A stretch of 64,000 nt of DNA from Takakia lepidozioides (GCA_030704615.1 CM060734.1:4650001-4714000), one strand, 5' to 3'; shown: positions 1-13,500, counted from the first letter of the stretch. Notes: a model not told the origin generated them from the letters alone. Numbers and translations are program-made.

Positions 1-472
1 ATCAACTGTTAATATAACACATGACTCATCTATTCTTGACAAACATTGCCAACATATAGAAGTCTTACTCAACAAACAATATGGTATCAAATCTACACAC
101 CAAGTTTGAACAAAAATTTTAAAATCACATACTTGACCATAACACATAAATATCCATGCAGAACGTATTCACAAAGTTCCAAACAAAACAAATATATTTA
201 GATGACGAACAATCTATTCAACTTTTGAACAATTTTTGTTATGTGTCATACTTCGTCATAACATGTAAGTGAGTATGTAGAACATACCAACAAAGTTGAA
301 CAACCAATAAAATATAAATAGACTTGAATCTAATGTCAAAAATATTTTTTTGACGAAGTTATGAATCATACTATCCAAACCAAATTTTCAATGAGATGAC
401 GTTGACGCAATGTCATTGTTAATATGACATCTTACATCACATTGGTCAATGTCTTAAGATTGATTGATATAA

Positions 473-2700
473 TTATCCCAAAGAACTTGCATCCACATTG
501 GATTGGAGATTCGCTTCATCGATATTAGCTTTCGTCTTCTCCGCCTCATTAACACTTATTCGCTTTGTACTTGATCTTGTGGTATTCTTTCTCACGGGCA
601 TGGTCCAAGCAATGGTATTGACATGAATCCACTGCGGAGTATCATTGGGGTTGAATTCCCATGTCTTTGTCCAACAATCCTTGTACCTTTCCAAATCAGA
701 TGGATTTCCTCCCTTCCTCGGTCTCCACCACTCAACAAGGACTTTTTTGTAATTGATATTTTTTCTATCTCGAATTACATCGTATGAGGCCATTCCCAAC
801 CAAACCGGATATGTATGAGGATCCTCAGGACGAACAAGGACGAAAATCCTTTTTCAACGTCTTTGTACGGATTTAAGCCTTCTTTTGGACGATCACATCT
901 TGACCCACAATAAGGAACAACCTCCTCAGCCTCACTGTCACTTGATTCGTCAGACCTTGAAGCATTAAATCCATCTCTCATGTGATTTTCCCGCCATTTT
1001 GTTGAGGGCCAAAATCCTTCCAGAAGATTATCTGTAGTATTCTCGAGCTCCAGATCTAGCTCTTCCAAAATATTGCTCCAGTATTCATCGTATTTTTTCA
1101 TGATAGTTCCATAATGCACATCAATATTCATTCCCTTTCTCCAAAAATCCATATACTTTTTAATTCCAGTTTTGATGACAAATTGCTTCTGCACAGCGTC
1201 TTCTTTGTCTCCCCAAATTTGTGTCATGGGAACACGCTTAGGTTCACCCACCGGAAGTGAAGGGGATCCATCATCAAGAGTCTTCCACATTCTAACTGAA
1301 CCTTGTTTTGGAAGTCAGTCACAATCGGTCGCAGATTTCTTGTATTACATGACAGGCCAATTTGAGGAATGATCCACGTAGAATCGGAAAACATGCATAT
1401 CTGTCGCTCCGATGAGAGCCTCTTTTCCATCAATAATATGTCCAGCTACAAACTCCTTGAAGTCTGGAACTTCTTGAATGATTTGTGGGATGAACTGTAA
1501 CTCTTGAGAAACCATGAAATGTTTCATTAGATCTGAGAGCACATAGGTGCTGTTCTCCTTCAATTTCTTTGAAAGATAGCTGAAAAATCCATCAATATCT
1601 TCGTGCGTATGACCAACCATCAAAAATCCCAACTGAATCTCTTCAAACACACCTCTTGCTGTGAGCAAAGAAAGAAATGCCAACATCCACCTATTCTTGT
1701 TGTCTTTCACACAATTATCCATCTGCAAATATAATCTTCGAGGTAATGGTCGCGGTCCCTTTTGAGCTTCTGGATGTAATGGCTTCAACGCATCCACACA
1801 CCTAGACTTCCCCCACATTAGCTGCTCAAAACAATCATTCTGGAATGGATGATAAAAAATAATCCTTGATTCTTTGCAAGTAGGTTTCTCAAGTTGACGG
1901 AGACAGTTTGCTAAAGAACCAATAGTGAAATTTGGATCTCCCGGCCACAAATCGATTGAGTACTGAGCATATGCTCCATCTCCATGTCCATGAGTTACCA
2001 TTCCAGTCAAAGAAATTGGAAGCTGACCTAATCCTGAAATCATTTTGTTTGTCGTTTGTAGACGTGGAAGAGCCGTCTTCCGGTGATCCATCTTATCATG
2101 GATGATACAGAGGAATTCATTTCCCATCATAGCGGATTCATTTCTCCAACTGTGATAAAGTCTTCGACAAGATTCTTGATGCTTCAAATGCTTGTCTAAA
2201 GTCTTTTTATGGGTGAGTTGATCTTGACTTCCCTTCACAAACTTTTTAATAAGATCCTTCAACATCTCACACTCAGTGCATTTTGCAAAAGTACTTCCAG
2301 ACTTACGTACTTCAACATTTGAAAAAACTCGTTTCCGAATCCGGCTTATGGCTGAGCTGGAAATAGGTTCTAGACCGAGGATACTATTGGCCTGCATCCA
2401 AAATGAGAGCGAATCAATTGATGGAGTGGGATACACAACTTCGAACCTGGGTCCAATGTGACTATAAATACCGAGCCAACACAATAATTAATTAATGCAT
2501 GGTAGTCAAGTGACTCAAACAAATAGAAAATGGGTCACAGTAGTTAAGAAAGAGGAGAACTGTACAAATTACCTCATTGCACTCAACACGAACTTTCTTC
2601 CAATTCAACTCAGCGGGTAGTAGCCTCAGAGTATCTCGCCTCCCATCGCCAATGTTCCTCAATTTGTGGGGCATACAATCACTATTCCCGTTGACAATTG
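473..2700 (-). pseudogene. DUF7869-type DDE transposase (Sola-like), spliced and frameshifted
   Basis: ORF 1345-2484 has FAKCTEC, IIHDKMD, LYLQMDNCVKDNKN and FLMVGHTHEDIDGFFS motifs typical of DUF7869/Sola-like transposases. Upstream exon DCMPHKLR (2492-2690) and downstream pieces 775-1290 and 473-799 continue it across a stop and a frameshift. Confidence 0.75.
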
Positions 2701-2709
2701 AAATGATGT

Positions 2710-3047
2710 TAAATGCATCGCATCTTTCACCAGTTCATCTATGGCTGCTCCATTGAACATACTGCAACTCCCAACCATCAAACCCCAAACATTCCAGTCC
2801 TAGACCCCGTCATGACAGTCATTACCCAACTCAATTCCTATTGAGCAAGAAAGCTGAAGCCTAAGTCATGCCCGGCACCCTAGAGATTCTTACCATCTTC
2901 AATAGAAGTTCAATTACAAGTGTTTAATGCCTATCACAGCTAATCTGTGCTAGGTAAGGGTTAAAGACTCATACCTGCCAAAAGGTACCACTGGACACAA
3001 AGCATAAATGGAGCCATTGCTGAACAGAAAGAAGAACTGAAAACCAC
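2710..3047 (-). pseudogene. NUP88: Nucleoporin NUP88/MOS7-like gene fragment (two partial exons plus intron)
   Basis: Minus strand 2975-3047 reads FFLFSNGSIYALCPVVPFG, matching my recollection of plant NUP88 (FILFSDGSIYILCPVVPFG). It is followed by a GTATGA...TTGCAG intron (2762-2974) and a short next exon MFNGAAIDELVKDAM. Confidence 0.6.
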
Positions 3048-5437
3048 TAGAACAACACCAGAATTTCAAACCTCAATGCATGGAATCTTAATATGCCTTC
3101 GCCTCTTCCATCATGTAGCTATAACATCCTCCAACAGATAACGGCCAAAAAAGACTGTGGACAGAAAGAAACTTATAGCATCCACAGACACCAGGAACTA
3201 GATTGATCATGTCCATGAGACACACGAGACGACTGCTTTAGAGCTCCTTATAGCCAACTTTCCTCAAATTTACATGTCTTTACAAATGTAACCCATAGAT
3301 CCTCAAATGATATCCCCTCTCAGAGCGAAAAAAAACTTGGTAGCCTGCTCAGGCTCTTTGGAACTCTTCTAAAATGTTGTAAACTTCCAACTGTTGTTTG
3401 AAATAAGAATGAACAACAAATTGTAGAGTTTTCCTTCATGAATTAGTGTCAGTCTTTTACATGTATGGAGATGCAATCCAACACATCATTTTGTCTCTTC
3501 ACATGTTTTGATACGTTGTTGATACGTTGAAAGCGACGTCGTCTCAAGGACAAGAATGTGAGACAAGAATGTTCACAGAGTATGCACAACATGGACTTGT
3601 CAAGGACTTTGACCAGACGCAAAGGGAAGTGGTGAAGCTGCTAGACCATGCTACATTTACGAGTGCTGAGATGAAGCGCCCGCTCATCAATTCATTCCAT
3701 GACGCTCAACATCAACGGAGAAAATCCCCAGAAAAGCACTACAGTTGCAACTGCAAGCCTGGTTGGCCTTTGTTGGCGGTGTTGAGGAGGAATAAATTTC
3801 ATCAACAAAATTACTGCCGAACCAGGTTTCGGTGAACCCTACTTGATGGCCTTGTGAATTCATGGCAGTGCAGAGCTAACCGAACTCTTTGCACCAAAGA
3901 ATGTCTGTTCTCGCAGGAAGCACGATATCAAGGAGAGTCTCATAATGGATGATTTTTTCTCTCATTCACGAGCCAAGGTTAAGATGGATGAGATATGTCC
4001 AAGAATAATGAATGGATGGAGAACGGATTCCGGTCGATGGATGAAGGGCAGTGGCACGCATGCTAGCAGCTCTGACACGCCCGTCTCTCTCTCACTGTCT
4101 CTCGTCGTACCTGCCTGCCTGCCTGCTGCCTGCCTGCTTGCCGATCATTCTTCTGCAACTTCCTCGCAATCTTAGACGAGTCAAAGATTTTGAATTTGTG
4201 GCTGGTTTTAGATTTTTCAAGGAAACGTTGCATCTCACCAGTGACATGTTTTCTTGGGGGGAGATATGGCAACCCTTGCTTGTCTACCGCTTTCCCTTTA
4301 TCTGAAGTCCTTAATATGCGCGCAACGCTGAATTTTTGGACATGATGTCTTGGGGTCGATTTAGTACGGGGCGGGGGAAGGCGTTTTAGGACTTTGTTTG
4401 ATTGTTTCTACGCCATCCTTACATTATTGAGACATTGTGTACAGAACTCGTGGCTCTTGTTATGTGTGTCTTTCATGTGTCTGGGAGCTTTCCGCTGCTC
4501 TTAGGACGTACTTCCTGATATTGATGTCCAGTGATTGTAAGAGCTGCACCGGGTACTTCAATCGTATTCGAAGACTTCGCAGGAAAGAGTGATGCTTCGG
4601 AGAGAGATGACTCACTCAAGGTTTCAGCGGGTATCTGATGTAAGAAGTGCAATATACGAGGGCTGTGGAGTCGGTACTATGAGATCAAGACCAAATCTTG
4701 GCCTATATTTTCTTGTTGCATGAAGCCCAAGGACTTTCGGATATGGAGGCTTTGGAACTTTTAGACATTGATTTGGAGGATGATAACTTGTTGTGTACCC
4801 CAAGTCCGGAGAATAAGGATGCAGAGTCTGTCCTAGGCGTGTCTCCACCATCACCTTCTCTCATTAGTGGCAAGAAGAAAGGGTTACCGTCTGGAGAGGG
4901 AAACAGTTTAGGTGTGATATCCAAGGGAGAGTGAATAATTTGAAGTGCATCGTTCATTGCTCGCACTATTCCGGTGTGGTATCTATGGTGTTTCTCTATC
5001 TGCGTGCCTAAACATTCATAGAGGTTGTTTCGAGAAACATTTTGTATGATGACTTTGAGAGCATGTTGTGACAACTTCTATCCAAATGACTTTTGTTTAC
5101 TCCCAAATTTTGCACGCACATTGCATATGCTATCATTCAGCATATGGCTTCAGAATGGAAAATTAAAAAAAATCATGTGCAGGCGAAATGCAGTTTTCCG
5201 TCTCTACGACACGTGCTCCGTTCAACACTTGAATGACCCATTGAATGAACTTGGTTCAAGCTAATATTTGGTCCACATGTGCATAAGTATGTTCAGATCA
5301 CATATGCAAAGTTGCAACCCACACGAGCAACAAGAAAAGATATTTACATCAATCGATTAATTTGATGTATACAAAGTACATCATGAGAATATCTACAATG
5401 CCCCTCTACGCGATCCCTGTCTCAAATGAACCCTATT

Positions 5438-6592
5438 TCAATCATACATATCCCACTCATGCTGTAACCGGAGGTCCCAATCATCCCGGGAGAACTCGTA
5501 TGATGCAAATAGCTCGCTGCCAGCCCTAATAGTCCTACTAGAACATGTCATCACAAACATGTGCATCCCCTGACAGTATACCGCCGTATGACCACAAAAG
5601 CTCTCATGTCCATCGCTTCACTGGTCCCATACTACAGTGGTTCTCCTAGGATGACCAAAAGAACTGTTGACCAGCCCAGCAACATTGCCAAAGATATCGG
5701 GGTCACCATCATAAAATCTGATCTCAATGGGAGACAGCCCCCGTCTACGTACATCCTGTCCGTTGACACACAAAATGTAGGGTAGGATATATGGGGCTTC
5801 GAGGCGTAATGTACGGAACTCCCCGGAGGTGTAGTATGGATCGTAGTAGGGAAACAAGTCCACCATGCTGTTGCTCCCACGAGGAACCACAATATCATTG
5901 ACCATGAATAAACCCCGACCCATAGCAGGGTCAGTAGCGGCTCTCACAACATACCGTCTATCCCAATACTCAAACTCCACATTCTCTCGGATGGGAGTAG
6001 GAGGGTCGAGATGATTCCCCAAACAATGAGGCTGAACGGTCCTCAGTAACATAGTCCTATGCGCTTCCCATCGGGGGCGAGGATCCGGCTCAGGCCGCCC
6101 AAGCCGAAGGGGAGGAAACCCCTCCAAATGTACTATGACTGAATGTTAATGAGAAGGGGTGGAAAAAGACTCACCTTTGCCGCATCCGCAATCAAGTTCT
6201 TCGCGTAATGTTTTTTGACAATATGCGGTCGCTGCCTCGGTGGTCTGGTGCCACCCGGCGGTATCCGTGCCCAACAACTTAGTGCACCAACACTCAATCA
6301 TGTCGGGGGGGTCAAAGATGGACGTGCATGGGTGTTGTGCCTTTGCACTAGCAGGGCTCTCACCACGGGGTGATCCGCGAGGGGGCAACCCGCGGCGCGC
6401 CCGACTCGATCCCGGAGTGGCAACATCCTCCGCGTCACCTGAAATTTGGCCCCAGTCCCTTCTACGATTGTGTCCGCCAGCCTATATTGGATCAGGTGCA
6501 ATGGATCGTTCCTCACCATGAAAAATGGTCGCTCCTCGGCCATAATCGATATGTGGTACTACCTCCCCATCTTGCCGATGTTTCCTCACCAT
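5438..6592 (-). pseudogene. Minimal SET-domain (lysine methyltransferase-like) protein with in-frame stops
   Basis: ORF 5618-6127 has MGRGLF and DGDPDIFGNVAGLVNSS. Reading through the TGA at 5618-5620 gives FVMTCSSRTIRAGSELFASYEF, i.e. SET motifs GxGL, NH(S)-like and RxIxxGEELxxxY. Putative first exon 6175-6592 ends in a Cys-containing segment and a GTGAGT donor. Confidence 0.7.
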
Positions 6593-7687
6593 CACATCCT
6601 AATTAACACACACCATCAGCACTTTCATTTCTCAAAAACCGTTGGCGAAAAAACCCTATGTCTCTTTTCCACCTTACGACAGCAAGGGGTCGCTATAGCC
6701 TCCCGGCGCTACGCCCCAACACCGGGAGGCCGTAGCGACCCTGCAAAATTCAAACTCCAAAACCCAGTATCAAAAAAATCCTATAAAGAAAAAAGCAAAT
6801 CCCAAAAAGACCAGTCCCACATTGCCTAAGGGCCTGGGCCTTTGCCTCAGCCTCCGGACTTTTAAAATTGGTAAACAAAGGCGGAGCATCCCTCTGGTGC
6901 TAGAGAGCCCAAGATAATAAATCCCTCCTCACGTTCTATCTTCAGGTTGCCCACACCATGGAAAAATTTACTGAGACCCAGCGCTTTGTGCTTATCAGAT
7001 TGAACCACTTTTTTGGATATGTAAATCCTAATTACACCGTTTATCCTTTCAACCCCACGACCCACAACCAAAATCGCCAATCCAAAACCCAGCACCATAA
7101 AGAAAAACAAACACCCTACCCCAGTACCATATGAAAAAAAAAAAAAAAAAAAAAAAAAAACACTAAGAACCCCAAAAGGCCCTAAACCCTAAACCTAAAA
7201 AGCCCGAACGTCACCAACTGCGACGCATTTTTATTTATTTGTGAGGCTGGTGGTCGCACGCCGTCGCACGCTGTGACGTGTTTTTTTTCATTTTTGAGGC
7301 CGGGGGTCGCAAGCCGCGATGGACCTCCGTCGCAAATTCCCACTTTGAATTTTTTTTTAAAAGGCGGCGCAGGCGTGCGATGGCCGGGCGCCGCGCCCTT
7401 TTTTTCCTAAGTGCTTGAAGCACCTCCTTCCCCCCTGTTTTCATTTGCTATTTGGGAGAGAGGGAGTTGAGAGAGTAGGGTTTAGGGTGGAGGAGAAACC
7501 AACCTGGTGCTGAGCCGAAGGAGGTCGCAAGGTGGAGCGGAGTTCGCCCAACGCCGTGCTCCAACGCCCAAGGTAGGCACCGCCTCGTCCCTCACTTTCT
7601 CTCTTGCTCTCTTGCCCTAAACACGGGCTCACCTCTCTCTCCCCTGTGTGCTAGAGACGTCGCGGAGAGGCGGGAGAAAAACCCGCT

Positions 7688-7690
<3 letters not shown>

Positions 7691-7753
<63 letters not shown>
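7691..7753. repeat. (GA)n microsatellite
   Basis: Uninterrupted GA dinucleotide run of about 31 units. Confidence 0.98.
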
Positions 7754-7756
<3 letters not shown>

Positions 7757-8049
7757 TGGGTGAGCGGGGGAGAGTGACCCTGCAGTGGCAGGGACCCGCG
7801 CCGTTGGCAGCCACGACAGCTGCGGCAGGGGCGCCGGCTCCACTACCAACAACAGCAGCAGCAGAGGTAGGTTAGGGTGAAGATATGGTCTATGGCTTTG
7901 TCTCTGTCATGTGGGATCAAGGGAAAGATGTCGAGAGTTGTCCATAACTTGTATGTCACACCCAAAGTGAGAGAGAGGGAGAGAGGGAGAGAGAGGAAGA
8001 GATGACGAAACCAAAATAAAAAAATAAAAAATAAAATGGGGGGGGGGGG

Positions 8050-9673
8050 GGGTGACTGAGCAGCTGTCTCTGTTTTGATTTTTTTTGTGAGTAGCACAAA
8101 AGAGAGGGAACATATATTTGTCATGTCAAGACAAAGACAAAGACAAGACCACTAGGTTCTTTGTCAATAAAAGAAGAGACATGTCAGCCACTTTACAGTG
8201 GCACTATCCATCAATCACCAAACTGGAACATCCAGAATTTCCTTCATACACCACATGGTGTGTATGTCAGTATTTTACAGAAACCAAAGAGTAGGTTACC
8301 ATAATGATTCAGCATCTGCAAGAATCAAAATTAAAAACATAGGCAAGGGTGGGATGGTGGGCTCTCATCCACACCATGCATTCATACCTGCAGCTGCAAA
8401 TCATAGTACATGATATAGCAAAAACACCACATTTACACCAGATCTGACCATGTTCTGACACCACGCCAGGGGAGAGGTCTCTTTTAAACTCCCTGGCTGC
8501 TTCAAAAAACCAGTTACCATTAATGACAAAGCAAAGAGCTGGAGACAAAGCAAAACAAGGCCTACAAACTGATGTGTATGTCCCACACGAACCATCATAA
8601 TCTTTGCCGTCATTGCCATGTTTTATTATCAAGCTGAAAACCAAGTAGACCAGGGCCAAAAAACTGATGTGTGTGTCCCACAAACCATCATAATTTCTGC
8701 CATCATTGTAAGGTTAACCAGGGCCTAAAAACTGATGTGTGTGTCCCACACAAGCCATATTCAGCACCTGTATGTTTAACCTAACAGGTTGGAGACAAAG
8801 CAAAACAAGGCCTACAAATTGATGTGTGTGTCCCACACAGACCATCATAATCTTTGCCATTATTGCCAAGTGTATTAACAAGCTGAAAGCCAAGTAATCC
8901 AGGGTCTAAAAATTGATGTGTGTGTCCCACACAAGCCACCATAATCTTTGCCATCATTGCCATGTTTATTAACAAGCTGAAAGCCAAGTAGACCAGGGCC
9001 TAAAAACTAAGGTGTGTGTCCCACACAAGTCACCATATTCTCAGCCATCATTGAAAGGTTTAACCAAGGCCTAAGAACTGATGTGCGTGTCCCACACAAG
9101 CCACCATATTCAGCACCTGTATGCTTAACCTAACAGGCTGGAGACAAAGCAAAACAAGGCCTACAAACTGATGTGTGTGTCCCACACGAACCACCATAGT
9201 CTTTGCCATCATTGCCAGGTTTATTAACAAGCTGAAGCCAAGTAAACCAGGGCCTAAAAACTGATGTGTGTATCCCACACAAGTCACCATATTCTCAGCC
9301 ATCATTGCAGGGTTAAACAATGTCCGGGAAGGTACCCAAAGGGCTGCAGCAAACTATAACATGTAGCACCTATATGTTTACCCTAACAGACCGGAGGCAA
9401 AGCAAATCAGGGCCTAACAACTGATGTGTGTGTCCCACACAAACCACCATAACTCAACCACCATTGCAGGGTTTAAATAATGCACGGGAAGGTACCCAAA
9501 GGGCTACAGCCTCCTCTACAATCCTCATGGTACCCTGCAGCACTTAGCAATCAGCATATTAAGTGGAAGCCCTCACATGTGCCCGTCCCAAAAACAACCA
9601 CAAAGCGTTGTGAGTTAGTGAGGATGCACGAGGTGAATGGCAGGCTTCCACACTTGCTATCGAGGTCAAATAC
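8050..9673. repeat. Non-coding interspersed repeat, copy 1, with internal tandem array (about 8540-9470)
   Basis: 8050-8290 aligns by eye with 21935-22170, and 9558-9673 with 23197-23306. The internal array repeats CTGATGTGTGTGTCCCACACAAGCCACCAT about ten times in irregular 75-100 bp units. Confidence 0.8.
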
Positions 9674-10503
9674 GAGGTTAGCTATTTCATGAGCATGAGC
9701 GACATGAGCGGAGTAGTAAGACAATCGGTTTTCATGAGCAGAAGTACAAATTTTGGAAATAAAAAATACTAAACAATATTATTTTAATGGAATATGTCAG
9801 AACAATAATAATATAATATTCATTGTTTGAAGCTGAAATTGAAGTTTTGGGAGCTGTGCTCATGATATTTCGTCTTGCGCTCATGGAAATTCCGAGTGAC
9901 ATCTGTAAAAATGGCGCCAAATTTCACGGTAATAGGTTCCGCAACCGAAGAAAATTGCGACGTATTTCGCGGCAATAGGTGCCTCTGGCGAAAAATGGTG
10001 CCGAATTTCGCGGTTACAGGTCCCAACATGTCAAGTGTGTTAGCCAGAAAATTTGGAAATGTTGTGCCGAATTTCGGGAGATGGTGCCGAGGATTGCATA
10101 GATGTTGGGCAGTTCAGGGCCATGTCACTGGAAATTCGGCGCCATTTTTCCAGACATCATTCCCATTCATGTTGGGACTTAGCCAGTTTTTGACCCAAAA
10201 TAGGGAAATTCAGCGCCATATTTCCAGAAATGGCCCCCACAACTGCTACTATTGGAACTCAGTTTTCTGGAAGATCTGCAAATTTATCCTACCGCCATCT
10301 TATTATGGATTTTGTTTCGACATTGAACTGCCACTGGACGTCAACGGATATCCAGAAGTCCATAATGTGTTTGAAAGAGATTACTTTAATATTGCCTATC
10401 TCATTCCTGGAGTTTTGGGGTGCATTTCATTACACTACAAAACAATGTCTAATGCATAAAAATGCAATTGCAAATATTCATATGGTGGATTCCCTTTGCC
10501 CCA

Positions 10504-13500
10504 TCAATGATTTCTGGAATCCCTGCCGAGGAGTTTGTGCAGCTCGTTCATGCTCAACGCTGGTGCATGAACAAAGTCATCAATACTCAAGTTTATCCTC
10601 AACCTCTTCAGGTAAATGTAATACAGATGCTTGTATGGATAATACTTTGTCCCCTTCTTTGCTTCCATCAACGAGAAGTCCGTACAATTGCAGGTCGGCT
10701 CCACTCCGATTGTAATTGTGTATACGTGGTCGCGTACAGCTGAACCGGCCGTTGCCATCCGATAAACACGCCCAAGGCCGGGTGCGGGTACGTTCCGGGA
10801 GCTCTGAATAGTGCAAGCCATCCCAAGAGCATTGGCAATCCGAGTCTCATTCAACTTGTTGGGAGGGTGTCGTCTCTTCATTCTTCTGAATCGCATTGTG
10901 GGATGTGCAAAATTGTCCAATCCGTCTCTACTGGACCTCGCAGTTTGCAATGGTTGGGTCTAAGGAACTAAAAATGGGTGGGCCGGGACCTCTGTCCGTT
11001 GCACCATTCGAAATCATGCTGCAGAAAGAGCATCCGCCTCATTCTGAGAGAGGTTGCAACCCGGTGCAACAGGCCAAACGCCCGGAGGCTCCGGCATTCC
11101 CTGAATCTCGTACTTGGGCTTGCCAAATACACAAATCATTATGTCGTGCCTACCAAACCAAAACGTCTGCGTTGTGGCATGAGAAAATCTGGGAGTCAAA
11201 AATCTGCCGCTGAAACAAGGTGCAGGTACAGCACCGTGTGGGTTCCTTCGAATCATCTCACCACAACGTGCTCTCGTATCCACCCGGATGGCGCAGCACT
11301 TCCCTCGAAATGCCGGCAATGTCCTTGCAATTCTCCACTGTGACTCCGACACTCTTGTCTCCACAATGGGTATGTTGTACTGCGTACTACAGATGGCTTG
11401 TTATGTTCCTCGGGCACGTGCCCTGTGCTCAAAGGAGATGGCGATCTTGAATGTGCAGGGCTTGCGGTGCTCGACGATACATCCTCGGGCAACATTACGG
11501 GACCACGACGGAGCGTGCGACTATTCTTGTCAATTCGCCATGAATCCTCTTCTCCGCCAGGTGCCTCGTCAAGTCTTCATCTCATTGGACGGGTGTGAAC
11601 ATCTTCTTCCAAGTGTTGGCCTCTTCGAAGCAATGGCGTGTCTCGAAGGCCCTCTCGCAAGGCTGCCGCCCACTTCCGAGGATTCTTCGATCTGGAGGCA
11701 GTCCGCATCAGCATTTCCTGCCTGTCCGGCCCCAAGCCCCACTGTTTCCCTTTCAAGAACTCGTTGTACCTGCATTGCTACATAATTGACCTCACAATGT
11801 CCTTCGTTGTGGTAGTGAGGATGTCCACCAAATGCGTCGCAGAGGAGGCACGCTAGGAAGAATGTACTGATTCGGCCATGTTTGTTGTCGGCATGTCGAT
11901 GTCGGAGTCCAGACATATTTGCTGCACATGCACATTCTCAGGTTACAAGGAAGTTACAAATAATGCATAATATTGAACAGGACGTGAATTTGTCCAACTC
12001 ACCTCTCGCATATAGTCGCCGAATCGGAGGAAACGATAATGCCACCATGCTAGCCAACTGACCATTGTTCCCTCGTCTGATTTCTTTACAACACCTGACG
12101 TTGTCTACCAAGCCCGTATACATGCAAATTGTGTTTCTGCATCATCCAAGGTGGGAGCACGCTTCCACGCAAGACACATGGAACGGTGCTCCTCTCTGAA
12201 TTCTAGCGCCACGAGCCTGGTTGTGTACTGTGACAAGCTCTGCAAAAAATGGAACCCACAAGATCTCTCCTTGCCTTCCATTGGAACATTGGGGTCTTCC
12301 CCGTACACCCTTCGGATGGCAACCCAATTTGCTTGTGCGTTGTCCGCCATGAAACCACGGAAATTGGGCGGGGGCAATCCCGCCCTGCCCATCTGTTTGT
12401 TTATTCCCTGCCAAAGAAGCATCTCCGATTGTGTGTCCTCCCATTTCATCTCACAAATAACAACTGTCATTAGCATCCTGCAGTGGGGGTCGTAGACATG
12501 TGCACCCATTGTCACCCACTGGTGATTTGTAATTCGCTTGATATGGTGGAAGACCCAGCTGTTTGACAAGTCCCCACTCGTCATCGAGTGGACCAGTTCC
12601 ACGCCGCTGCCAGGCCTACACGTTGACATTTTGAATACAAAACAACAATCTGCCTCAGTCCCTTGTCTTGGAAACCTACTTCCATGAATGTAGTCATATC
12701 CACATTGTCACTTTACCTCCAGAATGGAGTGCATATCCGAGCCTCGCCCAATTCTCTGTTTGTAGGAGACAATGTGGTTTCGGACATTCGGTGAACAGAC
12801 GTGGGTCACTGACTCCAGCAAGGCCTCCATTTCCTTCTCATCGAGAGGGACTCTGTCGGAGCCATCTTCCGACATAATTCTGGCCAATGCCATCTTATGG
12901 GCGGCCTGCAGCTGTATCTATTTGGGTTTGGCACCAGGTCTCAACTTAACCTCCTCCTGAATGAGCTGCTCTGCCTCCTGGGCAGCCTCTCGTGAGTTCC
13001 CCCTCGCCAATTTGTGACAATGCACACCAACGTGTATGCAAGGTCGTGTGAGGTCAGGGAAATGGTGCAACACATAGAACTGCTTGGCATTACAAACAGA
13101 CAGGCAATGTGGTGGTTCTTTGCAATGCGCAAACTTAAATGTGGAGTTTGGAACCTTTTCCTGAGCTTGAAATGGTTGATGAGCTGTGGCTGTCCAATCC
13201 GTCTCGTTCCTGTGACCTCTGGATTTAAAGTGGAAGCAAGTTGAGGAGAAACACCGCAGCGCGCCCACACACACAACGTAGCGCACCCGTACACCATCGA
13301 GCATCTTCATGCTGGTGGTTTTGGTGACGCATCAAGGATGACTGTCATGTTTCCTATCCATATCTGTCAACATTCCCGACGCCCTCGAATAGTCCGTTCG
13401 AGGAGGGAACTCAAAGAAGATATTGACCTCGACGTCTGCAGGAAGGCATGTCACGGATTTAATTGTGAACTTGCTGTAGTCCAGCCCAGCCAGCTCGGAG

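Noticed and set aside
3527-3835. Possible PPR fragment (MFTEYAQHGLVK)
   Set aside because: Only a single short motif-like stretch; insufficient to call.
4560-5264. Protein-like ORFs on both strands
   Set aside because: No recognisable motif and strand cannot be decided.
8540-9470. Hammerhead ribozyme array (CTGATG cores)
   Set aside because: Cores read CTGATGT rather than CTGATGA, and there is no correctly placed GAAA/stem arrangement.
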